This document shows positions 30,310 to 38,644 of a DNA stretch of 49,903 nt, piece after piece; position 1 is the first letter of the stretch, and the number at the start of each line of letters is the position of its first letter. This DNA is from an uncultured bacterium (GTDB taxonomy: Bacteria; UBP15; UBA6099; JAJRTR01). The DNA lies in the NCBI GenBank assembly GCA_964595945.1, contig CAZQSL010000009.1:1-49903 (forward strand). The letters are read 5' to 3'. The notes beneath the pieces were generated by a model. It was not told the origin of the DNA, searched no databases, and worked only from the letters and a program-made list of their open reading frames with translations. The position numbers and the translations under genes are program-made.

Positions 30310-30771
30310 TTATACGAAATAGTACCATTTGTTCATTGGGATTTCTTGTGGATGTATTTCATGGATCGTTCTGATAATTTGCTCCGAGTATTGAACTGCA
30401 ATGTCGGCATCTTCATCAAGCACTTTCATCACGACATCATTGTCGCCTGATGATCGATATCTGAAAAGCTTGGAGTGCATTTCCCCAAAATCCTGCTGGT
30501 ATCTTCCACTTTTCACAAGTTCACGGGGAACTGCTGATGCGACTTGCTGATGTTTCTTGAACATCGCGCCTTCCATTACAGCAAACAATGCACATACAGC
30601 ATAGAACGCAGCGTAGTAAGCCCGATTTGTCAGATCGAAGCCAGTCCTGACTTGCAGGCGATCATCGCGGTCAATTCGCAGGGCCGTCAGAAGATCACGC
30701 GCAAGGCATACTTCAAGATCGAGTTCACGAACGGCTCCATCATCAACTTTAGACCGGTTGGCGCTTACCAT
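30310..30771 (-). CDS. HEPN domain protein (solo, no MNT partner)
   Basis: RAYYAAFYAVCALFA helix. The C-terminal half matches the HEPN pattern. The ORF-track upstream start is a TTG; the ATG at 30771 is chosen. Confidence 0.55.
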   Translation of the reverse strand: MVSANRSKVDDGAVRELDLEVCLARDLLTALRIDRDDRLQVRTGFDLTNRAYYAAFYAVCALFAVMEGAMFKKHQQVASAVPRELVKSGRYQQDFGEMHSKLFRYRSSGDNDVVMKVLDEDADIAVQYSEQIIRTIHEIHPQEIPMNKWYYFV

Positions 30772-30838
30772 TACAAGCAGTTCGCAATTATTGCGACTGC
30801 CCAATGCGGCATATGGATTTCCACATGCCGCATTGGGC

Positions 30839-31699
30839 TTAAGGTGTAGGAAGGGTTCGTTTTTTGCGGGGATGTTTTTTGGAGGTTTCCCAGGGTCTTG
30901 TTAACATTCTGGCAATGGTGCCCAGGAAGAAGAGTATTCCGCCTGAAATAATGATATCGATGCCTGGATTTCGCACAACGCGCACCCAGGGTATCTGTTT
31001 TGCCGGAGCTTGTTTAGAGCCGGGTTTGAGGTGTGCGATGCCTGAGGTGTCGCGCCTCGAATTAAGCGAAAACAGGTAACCGCCAGAACGTACTGTCGTC
31101 TTGTATCCGATGGTGATATTCTTGCCGTTGAATGCTCCTCCGGCCAGTGTGAATGTGGCTTCGTCGACAGTCATGCCGGATTTAGGGTGCATATCATTTT
31201 TTATACCGGTGCATTTCATCGAGAAAGGTACTTTTTCGCTTTTGTATGTTATTCCGGGTTCTATATCGTATGCAACCTTGCATCCTGTCGACGAACTGAT
31301 GAGGTGGCCTGTAAGGATTGTGACGTAGGCGAGGTGCATCAATAAAACCGAAATCTTTGCGGCGATCTGACGATTGCCAGCCTTCTTTTTCATCATTGCC
31401 GTCAAGATGACAACGTCATTGATCAGACATGCTGTCAGATTGGCGCCAAGCGCTGCCGCGATGATGCACAATGCCGCGAGCCAGCCGCGGAGGAAGGCGC
31501 TTTCTGGAGTACCATACAGCATCCATTCAAAGAGTACCCGTTCGTTCATTTCGTTGATCTGTGGTATGAATTTCGGATAGACAAGCAGCAGCACGATCAT
31601 CCAAAAGGCTATCAGGAGAGAGAGCGCGCAAAAAAGATTGGTCGAACACAGTGTGTCCCACACGGTTTCGATAGCGCTTTTTTTCTTTTTGTCTGCCAT
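30839..31699 (-). CDS. Short ResB/CcsB-like cytochrome c biogenesis protein (system II)
   Basis: N-terminal WDTLCSTNLFCALSLLIAFWMIVLLLVYP resembles the ResB TM1. Conserved TM histidines (HLAYVTILTGH). C-terminal TM. The ATG at 31699 overlaps the ccsA end by 19 nt. Confidence 0.55.
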   Translation of the reverse strand: MADKKKKSAIETVWDTLCSTNLFCALSLLIAFWMIVLLLVYPKFIPQINEMNERVLFEWMLYGTPESAFLRGWLAALCIIAAALGANLTACLINDVVILTAMMKKKAGNRQIAAKISVLLMHLAYVTILTGHLISSSTGCKVAYDIEPGITYKSEKVPFSMKCTGIKNDMHPKSGMTVDEATFTLAGGAFNGKNITIGYKTTVRSGGYLFSLNSRRDTSGIAHLKPGSKQAPAKQIPWVRVVRNPGIDIIISGGILFFLGTIARMLTRPWETSKKHPRKKRTLPTP

Positions 31700-31716
31700 G
31701 CTTCTGATGACCGCCG

Positions 31717-32322
31717 TCAAAATGACATCATATATCCAAGATAAGCTGGTGTTACGATGAATTCGTAGTAGACAGTCCACAAAACAATGATCGAAAACCC
31801 GGCGGTGCCGAGCGCTGCCATCGTTTTTTCAGGCATTTTCACACTACCTGGCACGTGAAGAATGCTTGCATAGAAAATCCACACTACCGCGCTGAACACA
31901 TGACTCGATCCCCATACCCACAGATCACCCCACCCTCCGGTCAATGCCCATGCTGCTCCGAATGCCTGGCTTGCCGAATAGATCACAAAGCCGGCAAGCG
32001 CTGTTTTGTATATCATGCCGGTTGGCTTGCAACCGTCCGGAGATCCCTTGCGGGGATTTGCGAGATGTGATATCGAAAGACTGAAAAGGTATGCAAACAC
32101 GGCATAGGACAGTGATACGAGGTAGCCGAACATAACGGAATTGAAGCTGAACGCAAATGCCATTTCCGGCTGCAAACTGGTGTTTCCCGATGCAGTCAAT
32201 CTGAAAAGGGAAAAGAACAGAATGATTGCAAGAGATATTGCGGCAGGTGTTTTTGTCTGATTTCTATCCACGGCCAGGACGAGTACAATCGCGAGAAAAA
32301 AAGCCCGCGACAGAGAATTCAT
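31717..32322 (-). CDS. ccsA: CcsA/ResC-like cytochrome c-type biogenesis protein (WWD domain)
   Basis: Trp-rich segment WALTGGWGDLWVWGSS followed by the conserved ILH histidine. Confidence 0.6.
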   Translation of the reverse strand: MNSLSRAFFLAIVLVLAVDRNQTKTPAAISLAIILFFSLFRLTASGNTSLQPEMAFAFSFNSVMFGYLVSLSYAVFAYLFSLSISHLANPRKGSPDGCKPTGMIYKTALAGFVIYSASQAFGAAWALTGGWGDLWVWGSSHVFSAVVWIFYASILHVPGSVKMPEKTMAALGTAGFSIIVLWTVYYEFIVTPAYLGYMMSF

Positions 32323-32334
32323 CAATTCATAGTC

Positions 32335-32592
32335 TCACGGGAAATTGCGAGTAATGGCCATTGTCGCAAACATAAGGGTGTCAAGCGCTATCCCGCCGGC
32401 AGCGAATGCGCGCGCGTGTCTGTTTGCCTCTTTGTGATCGGTCTTGATGAGGCAAATAAACAGGCCGCACCCGTACAGTGCAACCGCTGTCCACATGAGT
32501 GCATATATCAGAAGCGAATAGTCCACGCAATCACCTGTCCCGTGACATAGCAAATGAATTCTACCCAACTCGTTATGAATGGTCAAGCGCAA
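32335..32592 (-). pseudogene. Two-TM membrane ORF in the same frame as ccsA, separated only by a TGA: possible disrupted N-terminal part of ccsA, or a separate small gene
   Basis: Same reading frame. A single stop codon lies 4 codons before the ccsA start. Confidence 0.3.
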
Positions 32593-32607
32593 CGAATATT
32601 CGCTGTG

Positions 32608-33519
32608 TCATTTTTCAGCCGGGTTAAACTCATCCCACCCGAAAAACTCGATGTAGCGGCTCCAGACCCCCGTGCAGACCGGATCGAACCGGCACCGTGA
32701 GCATTGATCGCGTTTTTCACGGCCTTCGAGTACTGGCTGAGAATAGTTTGCCGAGCGGTCGTCCTTGATCGAATATATCTCCATTGTGCCGATATTGGAA
32801 AGGATGGGCATCGCCGTGCATAGCGGTGTATCATTGAGGGAAATTTTTGAGAGCACTTCAGCAGGTATAGGCTTGATCGCGGATACAATCTCCGTATATG
32901 GCACGAGCAGACGGCTGTTGTCGGCTCGTCCTATCGGCATCAGGGGATTCAGGATAATTGTGTTTATGGGAAAAGCGGACAACTGGTGGCAGTCTGTCGC
33001 AAGGCCATCGATGTTGGGTCTGCACACGACACGGCTCACGTGGAGCTCGAAGTGGTATTTTGAACGTAGCGCGCAAAGGTTGCTGAATCCCGCGAAAGCC
33101 TGTATGAAACCGCCAGGCGAGCGAGTGAGTCGGTCGTGGAGTTCAGGGCGCAGGCTGTGGAGTGAAATCACTATTTCAGTCACTCCCGCGCCTGTGATAC
33201 GTTCGGCGAGATCGCGATAGAACAGCATGCGGCCATTAGTGACAATACTGACGGAGTGGTAGCCAATTTGGCGGGCGAGCGTTATATATTCCGGGAGTTT
33301 CGGATTGAGAGTTGGTTCGCCTGATGTGAAGACGACCTTGCCAAGTCCGATATTCGCTGCGAGTATGGAGCGTACGTTTTCATCTGTCACGAATACCTGT
33401 CTCGCCGCTCTGCCTTCGCGGTCGCCTTCGCAGCAAAAGATGCAGTTGTTGTTGCATGCGGTTCCTATCGCGATGTGAAGGGTGCGAAGTGGATTGTAGT
33501 CTGTCAGTGAGTCGTTCAT
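32608..33519 (-). CDS. Radical SAM enzyme with C-terminal SPASM/twitch-like Cys cluster
   Basis: CNNNCIFC (CxxxCxxC) motif. GEPTLNP motif. C-terminal CSRCRFDPVC (Cx2Cx5C). GAGGG RBS before the ATG at 33519. Confidence 0.8.
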   Translation of the reverse strand: MNDSLTDYNPLRTLHIAIGTACNNNCIFCCEGDREGRAARQVFVTDENVRSILAANIGLGKVVFTSGEPTLNPKLPEYITLARQIGYHSVSIVTNGRMLFYRDLAERITGAGVTEIVISLHSLRPELHDRLTRSPGGFIQAFAGFSNLCALRSKYHFELHVSRVVCRPNIDGLATDCHQLSAFPINTIILNPLMPIGRADNSRLLVPYTEIVSAIKPIPAEVLSKISLNDTPLCTAMPILSNIGTMEIYSIKDDRSANYSQPVLEGREKRDQCSRCRFDPVCTGVWSRYIEFFGWDEFNPAEK

Positions 33520-33532
33520 ATGCGCAACGCCC

Positions 33533-34801
33533 TCATTCGTGCGGCCCATATTCCGTAATATCCCTGATGACGTCAAGGAGTTGAGCTTTGTTACTGGCGT
33601 GCGGGCAGTTGTCTGCGCCGGCAATGACGTTTCCAATGGTTATCACTGCCGATCTGTCAGTCTTGATGGGAGCGATCGCTCCGGGTGACCGTATGTCAGT
33701 AACGCAAATGTTGTAATCGTTTGCGTCGTGCGTGGAAATGCTGTCTCTCTCTGCCGTGACATTGTTGATGCCGAAACTGCTGATGAAATCCCGATACTCC
33801 GAAAGGCTTCCGGGAGAGGCTTCGAAAAAAAGTATTTTTGGTGTGGTACGCCGCCGTGCTTTGCAGGTATCCCAGTGAAGAATGAATGGATTATATCCGG
33901 CCGTTGTATCCTCCGGGGTCAATGCCCTGACAATACTGCCTCCCCTGGATATGATAAGAGCGCCATCGCTTATCGTCAGTTTGTCGCCTTCAGAAATCAT
34001 TTCGCGCAGACGGCCACTGTCTTTGAGCGACGAGAGGTCAGCGGAAGTCACTTTCCCATAACGGATCGCGCGGCCATCCGATTCGCCGTCAAAGCCCATT
34101 ATCGCGCCGTGTTTCCAGTACAGGAGCGGAGCGCGTTTCGCCTCGGCGAGTGAAAGAGCAAATTGAGGCGCCTCGTTGAGGATGGATTTTTCGACGCGAC
34201 GTGCGAGTTCCAGTGATGCTTCGCAATTAAAGGAGCATGGGCTGTGGAGCACATAGGGAAACGGCATAAATCTGTTGAGCCGCGAATCCGGTATGCCGAA
34301 TGTGGAAAAATGTGGGAAGAGCATGTGCGCTGTCTGGTGGATAAGGTCAGGGAGGGCCTGATACGCTTCGATGCAGCACTTGGGATAGCCGAGAAGTGCG
34401 CCGATGCGGCCAGTGGCTTCCCGCCGCTTTGCGCCTGAAGAGTTTTTTTCCACATCGTCCCATCTGGCGGCTTCTTCGGCGAGGGCCTTGTCACGGCTGA
34501 TAAACATCCACACCATTGCGTCGCGCGCGGAAGAGGGACCGGTGATCAGTCCGTTATTACCGAAAGAATACGATGATGAAGGCGACACGACATGCAGTCC
34601 GCCGGCTCTCATCATGCGGGATATGCTCCGGCAAGTCTGCATCGTGATGTTGGACAGCCGCCATACGGGTTTCAGGCCTTGTTCAAACAGGATGAATTCC
34701 GCTGGTTCGATAACCGGGCGTCCATTTTTTCCGGTACGTGTGGCGATTTCGAGGATTTCCCCAAGCGCAAGATTCATACTCGCGTCCATCCACACCGGCA
34801 T
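33533..34801 (-). CDS. Uncharacterised 422-aa protein with conserved Cys motifs (GYPKCC ... CSFNC), coupled to the radical SAM gene
   Basis: Long ORF on the operon strand. No family recognised with confidence. Confidence 0.6.
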   Translation of the reverse strand: MPVWMDASMNLALGEILEIATRTGKNGRPVIEPAEFILFEQGLKPVWRLSNITMQTCRSISRMMRAGGLHVVSPSSSYSFGNNGLITGPSSARDAMVWMFISRDKALAEEAARWDDVEKNSSGAKRREATGRIGALLGYPKCCIEAYQALPDLIHQTAHMLFPHFSTFGIPDSRLNRFMPFPYVLHSPCSFNCEASLELARRVEKSILNEAPQFALSLAEAKRAPLLYWKHGAIMGFDGESDGRAIRYGKVTSADLSSLKDSGRLREMISEGDKLTISDGALIISRGGSIVRALTPEDTTAGYNPFILHWDTCKARRRTTPKILFFEASPGSLSEYRDFISSFGINNVTAERDSISTHDANDYNICVTDIRSPGAIAPIKTDRSAVITIGNVIAGADNCPHASNKAQLLDVIRDITEYGPHE

Positions 34802-34843
34802 AGGCCATTGCCACGAGATACGTATGTCTTCGGCGTCATGTTA

Positions 34844-36157
34844 TTATACATGGAAGTCAAGTTTGAAGACTCTGATGTTTTCAAAGTGTGAGAGGATACT
34901 CCTGAGATTGACCATGATGGACGATTTTTCAGCGCGGTCGATGGATATTGTCAGGAGGGCGGTTTCAATGCGGTGGATGGCGTCACGATATTGCTGCTCG
35001 GTTTCCAACTGAAGTTCTTTCAGCCCGAGAGCGCTTGCGCGAAAGTCGGGGAATTCGACTGAGAAAGCCGATTCCTGCCCGCTACCGATCAAAACCGTTC
35101 GTTGATTGGTTTCGTAGAGGTGCTCGCTGCGGGAGAAAAATCTGTCGAAAATAGATTCGCCGAGTATCGTCATGACTTCGTCCATGGGAGAGATGTCATA
35201 GTTGATATAACGGCCTCCAGTGGCGGTGGCGATCTGGTCGAACGCGCCATGCGGCAGGCGTGAGAGTTGGGCGTATGTACTGACAGGGTAGAGGACAGCG
35301 CCGGATTCCCGGAGCCTGGCGGCAGCGAGGTCACGGGTTTCGCCATAGTCGTCGGTTGTGTCGGATGCAGTAAACAGTACGACGGCTTTTGCCGCTGAGT
35401 CACGCCAGGCGTGATCGGATGAAGACTCGATTATAGCGTTGAGCGCATTTTTCGACATGCCGGCGAAGTATAGTGTCTCTATGTCTTCGATGAATTGAGC
35501 GGCGTCACGGCGTGCTTCTCCGACCGGCTGCGAGTCGTACTCGTAGGTTTGGAGCAAGTAGCGGACATCGAGGCCATGTCCGCTGAGTGTCTTGTGGAGT
35601 ATGTGAAAATGACGGACGAATTCTGTAACATCTTTTTTCATTTGCCTGCTGCGGTCTATTATGAAAAGCACATCGAGATCGCCGGATGCAGAGTCGGATT
35701 CCCGCTGAGGCATTATGCGTAATATTGGGGCGAGGAGCGGAACGGCTCTGTGTCGCGAAGTGACTGCGATAGCGTCGATACGGTCTGCGAGGGCGCGAAG
35801 TTCTTTTTTGATGGCATCCCTGCGCGAACTTGATATGGCAATGCCGTCGAGACTGTATTGCATACGGAGTATCAGATGGACAATCTCGTCGAGCGCCGAG
35901 TCGCGCACCGCGAAAATGTCGATGTCTTCATAGACGTTGCTCAGTACGTCTTCAGCCGCGTGAATCTCTTCGCGGAGTCCGGCGAGGTGCTCACGCCCGA
36001 GTTGCACTTCGATGGGCAAGCGGTCGCGCCGTCTGATATGGGGCAGCGGTTTTTCGGGACGGTCCGCACGCGTCCTTTTTCGTACCAATCTTTCGATGAT
36101 AGCGGGATTGACCACTATCGCCGGGAACTGGGTAGTTGTATGATTGCTTATCGGCAT
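34844..36157 (-). CDS. Cytoplasmic VWA-like domain protein (degenerate MIDAS DRSRQ)
   Basis: Long ORF with a VWA-like central segment (LFIIDRSRQM...LFTASDTTDD). Start ambiguous (ATG 36157 or GTG 36175). Confidence 0.5.
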   Translation of the reverse strand: MPISNHTTTQFPAIVVNPAIIERLVRKRTRADRPEKPLPHIRRRDRLPIEVQLGREHLAGLREEIHAAEDVLSNVYEDIDIFAVRDSALDEIVHLILRMQYSLDGIAISSSRRDAIKKELRALADRIDAIAVTSRHRAVPLLAPILRIMPQRESDSASGDLDVLFIIDRSRQMKKDVTEFVRHFHILHKTLSGHGLDVRYLLQTYEYDSQPVGEARRDAAQFIEDIETLYFAGMSKNALNAIIESSSDHAWRDSAAKAVVLFTASDTTDDYGETRDLAAARLRESGAVLYPVSTYAQLSRLPHGAFDQIATATGGRYINYDISPMDEVMTILGESIFDRFFSRSEHLYETNQRTVLIGSGQESAFSVEFPDFRASALGLKELQLETEQQYRDAIHRIETALLTISIDRAEKSSIMVNLRSILSHFENIRVFKLDFHV

Positions 36158-36279
36158 TCTGCTGAGTGCATCCACGGTTTGTTTTCTCGGTCGGTGTTGC
36201 CGGCTTATAATATGGAGCCGCTATTTATGTATTATATCATTTTACAATGCCTGATGCTCTTAATCAATGCAGTGTTGTT

Positions 36280-37389
36280 CTAAAGTGAAATCCTCCATGT
36301 GACAAACTGAAAAAAAACATATAGCTGCATGGCAAATGAAATGACGATGAGTGTAATGCCACTCCAGTTGCCGCCTTTGAGTGAAGCCAGTCCCATATAG
36401 ATCGGGAATGCCACAAGGACATATCTCGGCACACCATACAGCTTGGTCGCGCTCATGCTCACGAGGACAGTCGACAAGGCATATATGCCGGCTCCGCTTC
36501 CGAAGCCGGTCCACGCGACGACTGAAAGCACTATTGCCATGAGCGACACCGACACGTCGAATCTCGTCAAAAAATTCTGAGGCATGGTTATCTCGTAAGC
36601 CAGGGAGAAAAGGGGGGATGTCAGTCCGTGTCCCCAGTGTTTCTGAGCGGAAAAATATGCGGACGGATCGCCGGTCAGATGATATAGATATGCAAAATAT
36701 ATGAGGATGCCGGCTGGTACTGCCGCCAGCCAGAAAAAATCTGTCCTTGTCGATCGGAAATTCCATTTTCTGGCAGCAAGATACATCACGGCGAGTGCGG
36801 GCAGTAGCAGTACTCCTGACAGGCGGCAAGCCGATGCCGCCATCGCGCAAAGCGATGCTTTGGCTGTGCTGCCTTTCAGCATCGCTCTGTAGGAAAACAT
36901 TGCGAGCATTGTGAAAAGAGATTCGCTGTAGACTGCTGAAAAAATGAACGCTGTTGGAAACGCAGTCATAAATCCTACTGCGATGAGGGCCTTGTCATCT
37001 CCGTATCCGTGCAGCCTGACTATGTCGTGCAGCAAAAGCATCGATATCAGAAAACATATATTCGACACTATCAGTCCGGCGGACAGCAAGTTGCCCGTGA
37101 GTTTCGATATGGCCGCAATGGCGAGTGGGTAGAGTGGAAAAATAGTCACATTGGACTGTGAATCACCGCGATACGAATACCCCTCGCGTACAACCTGTGT
37201 GAACCATAATGCGTCCCAGCGGCGCCATGGTTCGAAAAATCTGTTTTCGATCTGTGTATAGCCATGCCACATCGCTGACTCCGCCGGAGGTCCGGAAGGA
37301 TGGTGGTCAGCGATCCACACGGCAAACCCAAAAATCACAACACGGGTCACTACGAAAGCTGTCAGGATGATTTTTAGACTGCGGGACAT
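36280..37389 (-). CDS. GT-C fold membrane glycosyltransferase, PIG-V/Gpi18-like mannosyltransferase family (DUF2029-like)
   Basis: WDALWFTQVVREGY motif and about 9 TM helices. The ATG overlaps the pilC stop (TAATG). Confidence 0.7.
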   Translation of the reverse strand: MSRSLKIILTAFVVTRVVIFGFAVWIADHHPSGPPAESAMWHGYTQIENRFFEPWRRWDALWFTQVVREGYSYRGDSQSNVTIFPLYPLAIAAISKLTGNLLSAGLIVSNICFLISMLLLHDIVRLHGYGDDKALIAVGFMTAFPTAFIFSAVYSESLFTMLAMFSYRAMLKGSTAKASLCAMAASACRLSGVLLLPALAVMYLAARKWNFRSTRTDFFWLAAVPAGILIYFAYLYHLTGDPSAYFSAQKHWGHGLTSPLFSLAYEITMPQNFLTRFDVSVSLMAIVLSVVAWTGFGSGAGIYALSTVLVSMSATKLYGVPRYVLVAFPIYMGLASLKGGNWSGITLIVISFAMQLYVFFQFVTWRISL

Positions 37390-38609
37390 TATTTTGGAGC
37401 CATGACAATGTTGAAGATCGGCAGATACATGGCGATCGCGATGAATCCGACAACGAGGGCGACAAAGATCGTCACGAGAGGCTCAATGTAGAGAAGCAGG
37501 CGTTTCGTGTAATATTCGATTTCCTTTTCGAGCGCCCCCGAACAGGTGCCGAGCAGGTCGGCCAGCCGGCCACTGTGCTCTCCCGCTGAGATCATATAGA
37601 CGACAAGTGGCGGGAAATACTGGGACAGTCTGAGTGCGGATGACATGTTGCCGCCTGTTTCTACGGTTTCGATCATCTTGTCGACGTCCAGTTCGATGAG
37701 ATGGTTGTCAAGCACTCCTTTTGCAGTGTCGAGGGCTGACAGCAGTGGTACGCCGCAATATATCATCGAACTCATCGTCCTTGTGAATCTCGAAACAAGG
37801 ATTCTCTTGTACAGTTGAGCGTAGATTGGTATTTTCAGATAAAGCCTGTTGGTTATGAGTTTGCCCTGTGCGGTGTATTTCAGAAAATACACGATCGCAA
37901 AAATACCCAAGACTATAGCTATGTCGAATTGCCATTCATGCGCGATAAAATTGCTTGTGTTTACCATTATCTGAGTGATTTTCGGGAGTTGGAACGACGA
38001 TCCCGGGCCACCTTGGGATTCGTAAAACTTAGAAATCTTCGGGATGGCGAAAACCATCAGGAATGCTACCGCAAAAGCCGCGATGGTAAGAACTATTTTG
38101 GGATAGATGAAAGCGCCTTTGAGCGAACGTCTGAGATCGTGGTCCTTTTCCATGTAAGTGCTGAGCCTGATGAGGACTTCGGCGAGGTTTCCCGCGGATT
38201 CGCCCGAACGTATCATGCTGATGAAATAGTGCTCGAAGACCTTCGGGTGTTTTTCGAAGGCTGATGACAGCGACATGCCGTGCTCGACATCTTCACGTAT
38301 TTTTTTGATGACTTTTTTCAGGGTAAAATTGCCGGTCTGCTCTTCAAGCGCGGCGAGTGCGTCGACTGCCGGGAGCCCGGCGTCGATAACTACGCTGAGC
38401 AGCTTTGCGAAAACTACTTTGTCCTCATTTGTGATACGTTGCGGGAGCAGTGGCGCATCTTCGGAAACTTCTGTCTGTTCCGTTACGGCGAGCACTACAT
38501 AGCCGAGTTTCTGCAGTCTGAAATAAACGGATTGCTCCGTGGCTCCATAGAGACTGCCACGATAGTTGCGGCCATGCGAATCTTTTGCGACGAAGGTGAA
38601 ATGAGGCAT
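37389..38609 (-). CDS. pilC: Type IV pilus assembly platform protein PilC (GspF family)
   Basis: Two GspF domains. N-terminal MPHFTFVAKDSHG. The ORF-track start at 38978 is an Arg-rich upstream extension that would overlap pilB. Confidence 0.85.
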   Translation of the reverse strand: MPHFTFVAKDSHGRNYRGSLYGATEQSVYFRLQKLGYVVLAVTEQTEVSEDAPLLPQRITNEDKVVFAKLLSVVIDAGLPAVDALAALEEQTGNFTLKKVIKKIREDVEHGMSLSSAFEKHPKVFEHYFISMIRSGESAGNLAEVLIRLSTYMEKDHDLRRSLKGAFIYPKIVLTIAAFAVAFLMVFAIPKISKFYESQGGPGSSFQLPKITQIMVNTSNFIAHEWQFDIAIVLGIFAIVYFLKYTAQGKLITNRLYLKIPIYAQLYKRILVSRFTRTMSSMIYCGVPLLSALDTAKGVLDNHLIELDVDKMIETVETGGNMSSALRLSQYFPPLVVYMISAGEHSGRLADLLGTCSGALEKEIEYYTKRLLLYIEPLVTIFVALVVGFIAIAMYLPIFNIVMAPK

Positions 38610-38644
38610 GTCGATGAAGTGGCGGAAAAGGCCGCCATGCGGCA

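Noticed and set aside
30208-30838. HEPN-MNT toxin-antitoxin pair
   Set aside because: Only the HEPN ORF is present. The flanking gaps (about 100 and about 67 nt) cannot hold an MNT gene. The plus-strand ORFs 30259-30450 and 30544-30849 are antisense overlaps.
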